Below, one piece after another: positions 13,553 to 25,300 of a stretch of DNA of 64,000 nt. Within the stretch, counting starts at the first letter, position 1, and every line of letters begins with the position of its first letter. A program made the position numbers and the translations under genes. Source of the stretch: Macrostomum lignano. Lineage: Eukaryota. Under the pieces are notes generated by a model. The model saw only the letters and a program-made list of their open reading frames with translations. It did no database searches and was not told the origin of the DNA. Location: contig NIVC01000391.1 of the NCBI GenBank assembly GCA_002269645.1, positions 310,001-374,000 of the forward strand. Direction: 5' to 3'.

Positions 13553-14131
13553 CTAGCTAAAGTTTTGCCCCCCTTCGGGGAGCAGAAATAATTAATATTC
13601 GTCTAATATAATATACCTTTTAGCAGGAGTACTTTAAGTGTCTTTCTTAAGCTTAAGCTTAAAATAGGAATTTTTGGAGATCGTTAATAACGCATTTTAG
13701 GTAAAACAAAACTATCAACTTTTTACAGTTTTTTAGTTTAGAGCCCTGTATATGTCAACGTGTTTGATAAAAATTATTTTTATCATTTTTGATAAAAAAT
13801 GGCCTTCGGGTGGCCAATAAGCAAGGGACGAATCCTTTTAAATGAAAAAAAATTCTTAGGGAGGGGGCTAGGAATCGAATTCTCATTTTAATTCCAGGCT
13901 TATGTACCAATAAAACATGTTTGTGCAGAATTTTATAACAGACATTGAAATTCAACCATACTTGCCTTCTTTCAGAGCTACTTCTACCAGTATGCTTCAG
14001 TACGCTACCAGTACCCTTGTAAGCCTTGACATGTCAGCAATCCCCCCCACAAGCCTTAACATATCAACTCCCCCTTGACATCTCAGCAATGCTCCCACAA
14101 GCCTTGAAATCTTAAAAAATCTGTCTATTTT

Positions 14132-14165
14132 CTAACCCTAACCCTAACCCTAACCCTAACCCTAA
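14132..14165. repeat. Interstitial telomere-type repeat (CTAACC)5+
   Basis: CTAACCCTAACCCTAACCCTAACCCTAACCCTAA read directly; TTAGGG on the minus strand. Confidence 0.85.
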
Positions 14166-14999
14166 AGCATTGAAATTTCAGTAATTCTCTCTAAGAGTCT
14201 ATAGCACTACTACAGCATTATAGCGATTCCCTGCAAGCCTCGACATCGTAGGGATTCCCAAATGAATCTCTTAACTTTGACATGAAGCTTCTTTTTTTTT
14301 ACATTACGCTTTTTCTATCAGCGATCCCTCCCGTGAGGAGCCAACAAATAATGTAATAACTTTTTTCCAATAAACTACATGTAGCTTCTGACATTAGCCT
14401 TGACATCTCATTTATTCCCCCGTGAGCCTTGACATCTCAGCTATAGATAGATAGATAGATTCCCCTCGTAAGCCTTGACATGTCAGCGATGCCCCCCATA
14501 AACCTTGAAATCTAAAAAATCCCCTGTTAACCTTGAAACGCGCTAAAATCTAACCCTCAACCCAAACCTGACGTAAACCTAACTTTCACCCAACCTAAAG
14601 CCTTGAAATCACAGCAATTCTTCTTCCCTAAGCCTTGGCATTTAAGTGATTCCTTCTTTAAGAATCACAGCACTATAACGATTCCCTCCAAGCTTTGACA
14701 TCGTAGCAATTCCCAAATGAATCTTTTAACTTTGACATGACTTTTATTTTATGTATACATAGTGCTCCTTTTATTTTTACATGACTCTTCTTCTATCAGC
14801 GCCCCCCCCCCACCGTGGCAAGCCAACAAAGAATGCAATAAAAAACTTAAGTAAAGTACATGTACTTTGAAGTAGCTTCTGACTTTTGCTTTAACATCTC
14901 AGAAACCCCCCTGTAATCTCAGTTATTCTCTGTGAGCCTTGACGTCTCAGTAATTCTCCCCAGCACAGCACTGTACTATAGCTTCATTTAATTTTTATA

Positions 15000-15830
15000 T
15001 GACATTTCTTTCATGTCTGACATGACGCTTCTTTTGATTTTTACGTTACGCTTCTTTTATTCTTCCATGATGCTTCTTAATTTTTTAAATGACACACTTT
15101 CATTAGTTTTTATATGAGGCTTCTATAATTTTTTCATGACGCTTCTATGATTTTTACATGACGCTTCTATGATTTTTACATGACGCTTCTATGATTTTTA
15201 CATGACGCTTCTATGATTGTTTACATGACGCTTCTATGATTTACATGACGCTTCTATGATTTTTACATGACGCTTTATGATTTTTACATGACGCTTCTAT
15301 GATTTTTACATGACGCTTCTATGATTTTTACATGACGCTTCTATGATTTTTACATGACGCTTCTATGATTGTTTACATGACGCTTCTATGATTTTACATG
15401 ACGCTTCTATGATTTTTACATGACGCTTCTATGATTGTTTACATGACGCTTGTATGATTGTTTACATGACGCTTGTATGATTTTAACATGACGCTTCTAT
15501 GATTGTTTACATTACGCTTCTATGATTGCTTGCATGACGCTTCTATGATTTTTTATGACGCTTTTATGATTTTAACATGACGCTTCTATGATTTTTTTAC
15601 ATGACGCTTCTATGATTGTTTACATGACGCTTGTATGATTGTTTACATGACGCTTTTATGATTTTAACATGACGCTTCTATGATTGTTTACATTACGCTT
15701 CTATGATTTTTACATGACGCTTCTATGATTTTTACATGACGCTTCTATGATTTTTACATGACGCTTCTACATGACGCTTCTATGATTGTTTACATGACGC
15801 TTGTATGATTGTTTACATGACGCTTCCATA
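15000..15830. repeat. 23 bp array type E, second copy
   Basis: Direct reading. Confidence 0.95.
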
Positions 15831-16231
15831 ATTTTTTTTGTCTTGGCGTTAAAAGGCTTTAATTAAAAAAACTCTACTCTCTAAAAATTCGAACCATCGT
15901 CCCTGCATTTAGCAGTTTAGTCTGTTTACCTCTAGGCTAGCTCTCATGAATTTTAGTCATTACCCCTAAATAGAAAATATTCCCAAGACAGCAAGCATCC
16001 CCCAGTAGCAAGCATCCCCTAATACTCCTAGCAAGCATCCACCCAGATAGCAAGCATCTGCAGATAGCAAGCATCTTGCAGATAGCAAGCATCTTGCAGA
16101 TAGCAAGCATACCCCAAATAATGTAGAAGCATCCTTCCAGATAGCAAGCATCCTGCACATAGCAAGAATCCCTAAATAGCAAGCATCCCTGGATAGAAAT
16201 AATCCTATACATGTAGCCAAGCTTATCAAGC

Positions 16232-17762
16232 GCAGTAATCCTTGGCTATCGAGTGCAGTAATCCTTGGTTTATTAATAGCAATAATCCATGGCTTATCGA
16301 GTGCAGTAATCCTTGGTTTATTAATAGCAATAATCCTTGGCTTATCGAGTGCAGTAATTCATGGTTTATTAATAGCAATAATCCTTGGCTTATCGAGTGC
16401 AGTAATCCTTGGTTTATTAATAGCAATAATCCATGCCTTATCGAGTGCAGTAATCCTTGGTTTATTAATAGCAATAATCCTTGGCTTATCGAGTGCAGTA
16501 ATCCTTGGTTTATTAATAGCAATAATCCATGGCTTATCGAGTGCAGTAATCCTTGGTTTGCCAAGAGCAATAGTCCTTGGCTTATCGAGTGCAGTAATCC
16601 TTGGTTTGCCAAGAGCAATAGTCCTTGGTTTATTGAGTGCAGTAATCCTTGGTTTATTAATAGCAATAGTCCTTGGTTTATTGAGTGCAGTAATCCTTGG
16701 TTTATTAATAGCAATAATCCTTGGCTTATCGAGTGCAGTAATCCTTGGTTTGCCAAGTGCATAATCCTTGGTTTATCGAGTGCAGTAATCCTTGGTTTAT
16801 TAATAGCAATAATCCTTGGCTTATCGAGTGCAGTAATCCTTGGTTTATTAATAGCAATAATCCATGGCTTATCGAGTGCAGTAATCCTTGGTTTGCCAAG
16901 AGCAATAGTCCTTGGCTTATCGAGTGCAGTAATCCTTGGTTTAAAGCAATAGTCCTTGGTTATCGAGTGCAGTAATCCTTGGTTTATTAATAGCAATAAT
17001 CCTTGGCTTATCGAGTGCAGTAATCCTTGGTTTGCCAAGAGCAATAGTCCTTGGTTTTTGAGTGCAGTAATCCTTGGTTTATTAATAGCAATAGTCCTTG
17101 GTTTATTGAGTGCAGTAATCTTGGTTATTAATAGCAATAATCCTTGGCTTATCGATTGCAGTAATCCTTGGTTTGCCAAGTGCATAATCCTTGGTTTATT
17201 AATAGCAATAATCCTTGGTTTATCGAGTGCAGTAATCCTTAGTTTATTAATAGCAATAATCCTTGGCTTATCGAGTGCAGTAATCCTTGGTTTATTAATA
17301 GCAATAATCCATGGCTTATCGAGTGCAGTAATCCTTGGTTTGCCAAGAGCAATAGTCCTTGGCTTATCGAGTGCAGTAATCCTTGGTTTGCCAAGAGCAA
17401 TAGTCCTTGTTATTGAGTGCAGTAATCCTTGGTTTATTAATAGCAATAGTCCTTGGCTTATCGAGTGCAGTAATCCTTGGTTTATTAATAGCAATAATCC
17501 TTGGTTATCGAGTGCAGTAATCCTTGGTTTATTAATTGCAATAATCCTTGGCTTATCGAGTGCAGTAATCCTTGGTTTATTAATAGCAATAATCCTTGGC
17601 TTATCGAGTGCAGTAATCCTTGGTTTATTAATAGCAATAATCCTTGGCTTATCGAGTGCAGTAATCCTTGGTTTGCCAAGAGCAATAATCCTTGGCTTAT
17701 CGAGTGCAGTATTCCTTGGTTTGCCAAGAGCAATAATCCTTAGCTTATCGAGTGCAGTAATC
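16232..17762. repeat. 48 bp array type B, second copy
   Basis: Direct reading; flanks match those of 527-1563. Confidence 0.95.
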
Positions 17763-18526
17763 TAAGTGTTTTTATTTAGTCCTTTAATAAAAGCTTTTAA
17801 TAAAAAATTTTACACTACTACTTTTAAACTACTTAGATTAGATTCGAACCCAGGTCGCTGCATTAGCAGTCTGGTCTGCTCAGCTCTAGGCTAGCTCTCA
17901 TCGAAGTTATCAGTGAATTTGTACCACTTATATAATTAATTCAACACTCACACCAAGTCAGGTAGAGTAAAAAGTCACGCGAAGCAGTTATGACATAATC
18001 AATTTCTTAGGCAAGTCAGTACCAGTGTCTATGAAAGTTAACAATATGGTTACGTAATATAAATTCAGTACTGCACTATACTTTCACCCTCAAAGCTGTG
18101 ACGCAATTCAATTGAGTGTCAAATTCAGCCAGTACACAGACGATAAATAAAGTGTATTGTGATGCAATCTATTTCAGAATCAGAATTCAACCAGTCAGAT
18201 TTTTCTCTAGCATTCTTACAATGCATTTCAGGTCGAAAGAGCTGCTTGACCTTTGCAAAAAATCATGTTTTTCGAATATTTAATCCCTTTAACATTGAGC
18301 AATTTCTTAGCCAATATGCATGTACCGTCCCGGGAAAATTTCTGATCGAATGGTGCAAGTTTGAAGAAAATCGGTTGAGCCGTTCGGGAGAAAATCAATT
18401 ACAAGCAAGCAACCAAGCATTTCATTTTTAGTATATTAGATTTAAGGTGTAGATACTCCTAGGCTGATTGAATTGATTAGATTCAGTTTATTAGGCGTTT
18501 GATACACCGACATTAATAGATTTGTA

Positions 18527-20962
18527 CTAGCAATCTTCGCCCCCCGATGGGGGACATCTGGATAGAACTTCTGTTCTCTACAAGTAACAAAAAGACAGCC
18601 AAATAGAGTCTTCACAAAGACAACAGAAAAACTGCTCAAATGAAGCACAATGCAAAAATAAAACATCCCAAGACAGCAAGCATCCCCCAGATAGCAAGTA
18701 CCCTCAGATAGCAAGCACCCCCAGATAGCAAGCACCCCCAGATAGCAAGCATCCCTCATATAGCAAGCACCCCAGATAGAAAGAACCCCAGATAGCAAGC
18801 ATCCAATTGATAGCAAGTATCTATCCTTAAATAGCAAGCATCCACCAGACAAAAAGTATATAGTGCAACATTTCCTTAGCTTTCTAGTGGCTGCTTTATG
18901 ATTGGCATGACGCTTCTTATTACGTTTGAAAATGTCTCTCCTGTGTTATGACATCGTGCCAGTTTTATGTTTGTCATGGTGGCTCAGTAATGTTAGAAGC
19001 GGTGGCTCTTTAATGTTTGACATGGAGTCACATATATGTTTCACATGGTGGCTCTTCTATGTCTAACTTGGTAGCTCATTTATGTTTGACATCGTGGCTC
19101 GTTAATGTTCGACATGGTGGCTCTTTAACGTTCGACATGGCAGTACTTTAATGTTCGACATGGTGGCTCTTTAATGTTCGACATGGTGGCTCTTTAATGT
19201 TCGACAGGGTGGCTCTTTAATGTTTGACATGGTGGCTCTTTAATGTTCAACATGGTGGCTCTCTAATGTTTGACATGGTGGCTTTTTAATGTTCGACATG
19301 GTGGCTCTTTAATGCTCGACATTGTGGCTGTTTAATGTTCTACATTGTGGCTCTTTAATTTTCTACATTTTTGCTCCTTAATGTTTGACATAGTGGCTCT
19401 TTAATGTTCTACATGGTGGTTCTTTAATGTTCTACATTGTGGCTCTTTAATATTTGACATGGTGGCTCTTTAATGTTCAACATGGTGGCTCTTTATTGTT
19501 TGACATGATGGCTCTTTAATGTTCGACATGGTGGCTCTTTAATGTTAGACATGGTGGCTCTTTAATGTTCGACATGGTGGCTCTTTATTGTTCTAAATTG
19601 TGGCTCTTTAATGTTCGACATGGTGGCTCTTTAACGTTCGACAGGGTGGCTCTTTTATGTTTGACATGGAGTCACGTATATGTTTGACATGGAGTCACGT
19701 ATATGTTTGACATGTAGTCACGTATATGTTTGACATGGTGGCTCTTTATTGTTTGACATGGTGGCTTTTTAGTGTTTGACATGGTGGCTCTTTTATGTTT
19801 GACATGGTGGCTCTTTAATGTTCGACATGGTGGCTGTTTAATGTTTGTTATGGAGTCATATGTATATGTTTTACATGGTGGCTCTTTTATGTGTGACATG
19901 GAGTCACGTATATATTTGACATGGAGTCACTTATATGTTTGACATGGTGGCTCTTTAGTGTTCGATATGGTGGCTCTTTAATGTTTGACATGGTGGCTCT
20001 TTAATGTTTGACATAGTGGCTTTTAATTTTTTTCTTGGTGGCTCTTTAATGTTTGACATGGAGTCACGTATGTGTTTGACATGGAGTCACGTATATGCTT
20101 TACATGGTGGCTCTTTATGTTCGACAAAGAGTCATAAGTATATGTTTTACATCGTGGCTCTTTTTTGTTTGACATGGAGTCACGTATATGTTTGACATGG
20201 AGTCACATATATGCTTTACATGGTGGCTCTTTAATGTTTGACATGTTGGCTCTTTAATGTTCAACATGGTGGCTCTTTTATGCTTGACATGGTGGCTCTT
20301 TAATTTTCGACATGGTGGCTCTTTAATGTTCAACATGGTGGCTCTTCTATGTTTGACATTGTGGTTCTTTTATGTTTAGCAGTTTTGTGTTTTTAATGTT
20401 TTAATAAAAAAATATTTTTGCACTACTAAGATTCGAACCCAGGTCACTACATTAGCATCCCAGTCTGTTCGCATCTGGGCTATCTCTTTTCAATCGGAGA
20501 ACATGAATTGTGGCCCTTATAATTCAATTCTTACAGCAAGTCAATTGGAGTAGAAAGTTATGACATAATCAATTTCTCAGTCAGCCAGTATCAGTCTCAA
20601 TTTAAGTTAGCAATATGGTTACGCAATTTTAATCAAGTCGGGTGTGCATTTCATCGACACTGTTTTCAAATTGTTGTGATGCAATCTTTATCACAATCGG
20701 AATTGAGCCAGTCAGTTTTTTCTCTAGCATTCTTACAATGCATTCCAGGTCGAAAGAGCTGCTTGACCTTTGCAAAAAAGCATGTTTTTCGAATATTTAA
20801 TCCCTTTAAAATTGAGCAATTTCTTAGCCAGGATGCATGTACCGTCCCAGGAAAATTTCTGATCGAATGGTGCAAGTTTGAAGAAAATCGGTTGAGCCAT
20901 TTTTTTCTGAAATCTATCGCATAGCTAGTTAGTTACAGACATTTCATTTTTAGTATATAGGA
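18527..20962 (-). mobile_element. Complete non-autonomous Helitron H7 (2436 bp)
   Basis: Minus strand reads A|TCCTATATACTAAAAATG (20962) ... CCCCCATCGGGGGG hairpin ... GAAGATTGCTAG|T (18527). It has a TC start, a hairpin 10 nt before CTAG, insertion between A and T, and no target-site duplication. Confidence 0.85.
18950..20385. repeat. 23 bp array type D, second copy
   Basis: Direct reading. Confidence 0.95.
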
Positions 20963-21899
20963 TTAATACTAGTAGGGCCTATCATTAGTGATGTCATATT
21001 TGCTATGTTTTTAAACTACTGGTTACCAAACAGTTATTGATAATTATATTTAACACATTATATAGATACCAATGTTCTATTTTAAAAATTCTTATATCTT
21101 GGGTATTCTTGAGTATATATAAAAAGCATATAAAATATTCTGGAAATTCCATTATAGAGCCCTTGCAAACTATAGATTACAACTGAGCATAGTTCTATTA
21201 AAAAGATTCAGAGGTTTCTAGCAACAAAATTTTAGAAGAGTGAGTATCAAAGTCATTTCTAATGCTATTATAGAATAAACTTTTATGGGCTAACCCTAGA
21301 ATTTTACCATTTATTGTTAAATATAAAGTGCTAATTTTCAAATAAATAAATAAATATAATTAAAGAAAAAAGCTAAAGAATAGAAATATAGATAGAGACT
21401 TGCTTTTTCACAACAGGACTTAGAATAAAGTCTCATGCAAAAAGGGCATCTAAGAAAGGATATAAATTTTTTTGATACCAATATAAAGTCTTGGCAGTTA
21501 AGTTTTATCTTGTGCCTTCTCTTGGATTTAATTTGTTTAAATTTTCATTGTCTGTCTTTTGAATCATTAAGTGAAATGTTTTATCCTCTGCAATAAGGTT
21601 TTTTAAATTTCTAAGACTTCCAATTAAAATTTATCATAGGGAGCACTGTAAAAGTTCCAATTTTGGGCAGATCCTAATTCTTATAAAAGATCTTTGCTCC
21701 TACTATCCCCATTGTCTTGCAGGCTAGTTTATGGTTTGCTAATCTAAACTGGTAGTGTGCACTGGAATTCTGGATTGGAAATTTCTAGGACATAATTTTC
21801 AGAATTAGAATTATTTGGGTGTAATTATTAAATTATATTGGTGAATCAGTTGGACTTCATTAGTTCGTTTGATTAGAAGCAGGGCATGTGTGCATTTTA

Positions 21900-22222
21900 G
21901 GCGATATTGTCACACAACCAGCGAGAGGCATTACTGCCCATTCTGCCAACTCCCCTGAGCAGGCACCCAAGTGCACAGACAAATACACAATCATACGCAC
22001 AAGCACACAGTGGAGTGTACAGTGTCCCTAACTTTATTTATCGTTAGGCATGTACACTTCACTGTGCCTTTGAGGTCGGCCATCAAGGGCGTCAATTGCA
22101 CGAGCAGAGCCAAGCCGAGATTCCAATTTAGCTCTAAATTAAGCTATTGTGACTGCACTTGGAATCGAGCCTGGGCCGCTGGCACATCAGAGCACTGCGC
22201 CAGACCACTGGGCTACAGCAAC
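21900..22222 (-). mobile_element. Putative tRNA-derived SINE
   Basis: Minus strand GTAGCCCAGTGGTCTGGCGC...GGCTCGATTCC (A-box and B-box-like, 22216-22161). The body segment GTACAC..TGTGCCTT..GG..GGCCATCAAGGGCGT is shared with 37560-37720. Confidence 0.5.
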
Positions 22223-22301
22223 CATATCAAGTAGACTTATTTAGATAATTTACCGTGAATGTACATTGTGTACTATCTTTTATCTCAAACTATTTTGGCA
22301 G

Positions 22302-25300
22302 GGGCGTCTTCACCCCGCTGGCATGCGAGAAGCGGCACGAACGACTGGCCGCCATCGCCGATGTGATGTCGGAGGGCGAAAATGACATTGTGTTCCTGCA
22401 GGAGGTGAGCAGCGCAGATGCTTCATACATTAGAGATTGTTTTTGGCTGGAATAAAATATGCTTCAGTTTATTAGCAGAACGCTCTCATTTACGGCACCT
22501 CCTTTTTAATTTTTATTAGATCTGGACCGATGGCGACTACGATAAAATTCGCAAGAAGATGCTGAAGTCGTATCCTCACTCGCAATACTTTCACAGGTGG
22601 GTGTTGTAATTCTTTGTATAAACATTTTGTCCATGGAATCTACATGAGATCTCGGCAGATTCCCAATGAAATCTACAGTGAGATCTCGGCAGAATCCCAC
22701 TGAAATCTACGGTGAGATCTCGGCAGATTCCCAATGAAATCTACAGTGAGATCTCGGCAGATTCCCAATGAAATCTACAGTGAGATCTCGGCAGATTCCC
22801 AATGAAATCTACAGTGAGATCTCGGCAGAATCCCACTGAAATCTACGGTGAGATCTCGGCAGATTCCCAATGAAATCTACAGTGAGATCTCGGCAGATTC
22901 CCAATGAAATCTACAGTGAGATCTCGGCAGATTCCCAATGAAATCTACAGTGAGATCTCGGCAGAATCCCACTGAAATCTACGGTGAGATCTCGGCAGAT
23001 TCCCAATGAAATCTACAGTGAGATCTCGGCAGATTCCCAATGAAATCTACAGTGAGATCTCGGCAGAATCCCAATGAAATCTACAGTGAGATCTCGGCAG
23101 AATCCCACTGAAATCTACGGTGAGATCTCGGCAGAATCCCACTGAAATCTACGGTGAGATCTCGGCAGATTCCCAATGAAATCTACAGTGAGATCTCGGC
23201 AGAATCCCAATGAAATCTACAGTGAGATCTCGGCAGATTCCCAATGAAATCTACAGTGAGATCTCGGCAGATTCCCACTGAAATCTACAGTGAGATCTCG
23301 GCAGAATCCCACTGAAATCTACGGTGAGATCTCGGCAGAATCCCACTGAAATCTACGGTGAGATCTCAGCAGAATCCCACTGAAATCTACATGAGATCTC
23401 GGCAGATTCCCAATGAAATCTACAGTGAGATCTCGGCAGAATCCCACTGAAATCTACAGTGAGATCTCGGCAGATTCCCATTGAAATCAAATGTAAGATC
23501 TCGGCAGATTCCCAATGAAATCAAATGTGAATTTCCCGTACATAATTCAAAAAAGAATATCTGATTAGGATTTTTTAGTTTCTACAGTTCCTAACAATTT
23601 TACAGGCCTCCCTTAGCCAGACTACTTTTTTAGTAGTGAGACTTAAGTTGACTCTTATTACTCTCTGTCCTGCCCCAATCCCCAGCAACCTGATCGGCAG
23701 CGGCTGCTGCATCTTCTGCCGCTACCCCATAGAGGAGACCTTCTTCTACCGCTACTCAGCCAACGGCTTCCCGCACCGCCTGCAGCACGGCGACTGGTTC
23801 GGCGGCAAGGGTGTCGGCATGGCGCGGATCCGCCTGCCCGGCGACCTCACCCTGGCCTGCTACGTCACCCATCTGCACGCGCAGTACAGCCGGGAGAAGG
23901 ACGAGTACCTGCCCCACCGCGTGTCCCAGGCGCACGAGCTGAGCACCTTCCTGCGGCTGACCAGCGCCGGGGCCGACGCTGCCCTGCTGTGCGGCGATTT
24001 GAACCTCAGCCCCGACACCCTGGGACTGCGCCTGCTGCTGGCGAACTCCGGGCTCAAGGATGCCTGGATTGAGCACGCTGGTGAGTTCCCTTTCAGGTGT
24101 CACCTCGGAGCAGCTCAGCTGTAAAATGCGTCTAACACATATAAAAGAGTCGCTCAACTTGCTACTAACTCAAGTAGACTAAATGCGATTCTGATTCATC
24201 AAGTGACGCAGGTGCGCTTTAGACGCAACTCAGCGATTCTACGGCGACTTTAGCATGTCTCAAATATGACTCTACGGCCCCAGAGACGTTTCAGAGTCGC
24301 AGACAATAAAAACGTCTCAAACTGACTCTTAAGCGCTTCTTGGTCTTGGCACCATTGTCATTGAACTTATCAAGCAGCTGCACCCCGAACTATCGCTACC
24401 CCTCAGGCGCCGCCGCCTGCGAAGACAAAGAGGGCGTCACCTGCGATCGCCCTGGCAACTCGTTCACCAGCAAGCTGAAGCCGTTCCCAGAGCGCCTGGA
24501 CTACGTGTTGTTTGGCAGCACAGCCGGGACTCGAATCGACTGTCTGGACTGCCGGCTGGCCCTGGGAAAGGTGCTGGCGCTGTGTCTTAAATACTGTCTT
24601 TTTGTCCACCACTTCCGGTTCCTTTTCTCCCCCGCTTCCAGTCTCTCTCAGTTCTCTTTTTAACTATTTTCCTGTGTCTGCCATTTCTACTTTCACTCAC
24701 TTCCGGTCTCTCAGTTCTGCTTTCAATCACTTCCTTTTTTATTTCTGGCCTCTCTCACTTCCGGTCTCTTATTTCTGGCCTCAATCACTTCCTTTTTTAT
24801 TTCTGGCCTCTCTCACTTCCGGTCTCTTATTTCTGGCCCCACTTCCGGTTTCTCATTTCTGCTTTCAATCACTTCCTTTTTTATTTCTGGCCTCTCTCAC
24901 TTCCGGTCTCTTATTTCTGGCTTCACTTCCGGTTTCTCATTTCTGATCTCACTCACTTCCGGTCTCTCAGTTCTGCTTTCAATCACTTCCGGTCTCTCAT
25001 TTCTGCTTTCAATCACTTCCGGTCTCTCATTTATGGCCTCACTCACTTCCGGTTTCTTATTTCTGGCCTCACTCACTTCCGGTTTCTTATTTCTGGTCTC
25101 ACTTACTTTCGGTCTCTCAGTTCTGCTTTCAATCACTTCCGGTCTCTTATTTCTGGCCTCACTCACTTCCGGTCTCTTATTTCTGGCCCCACTTCCGGTT
25201 TCTCATTTCTGCTTTCAATCACTTCCTTTTTTATTTCTGGCCTCTCTCACTTCCGGTCTCTTATTTCTGGCCTCACTTCCGGTTTCTCATTTCTGATCTC

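Larger units (their letters stand above)
13553..18440 (-). mobile_element. Composite Helitron-like element H6 (E-array body fused to A/B-array body)
   Basis: CTAG at 13553-13556 plus hairpin GCCCCCCTTCGGGGAGC. 14010-14960 resembles 7740-8530. At ~15947 the sequence switches to one matching 170-2000. Minus-strand 5' end A|TCTAATATACTAAAAATGAAATG at 18440. Confidence 0.65.

Noticed and set aside
527-20385. CRISPR-like appearance of the regular 23-48 bp arrays
   Set aside because: The units are contiguous tandem copies with no unique spacers, there are no cas genes, and the context is a spliced eukaryotic genome.
87-20924. Many ORFs in the ORF track across the first 21 kb (e.g. 16226-17494, 422 aa)
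   Set aside because: They are translations of tandem repeats or of the shared Helitron 5' module, open in several frames, with no Rep (HUH) or helicase motifs.
21740-21760. Candidate SMPD2 exon 1 end (CTA AAC TG|GTAGTG)
   Set aside because: It would give LNW rather than the conserved LNxW, the donor is weak, and there is no convincing upstream coding sequence.
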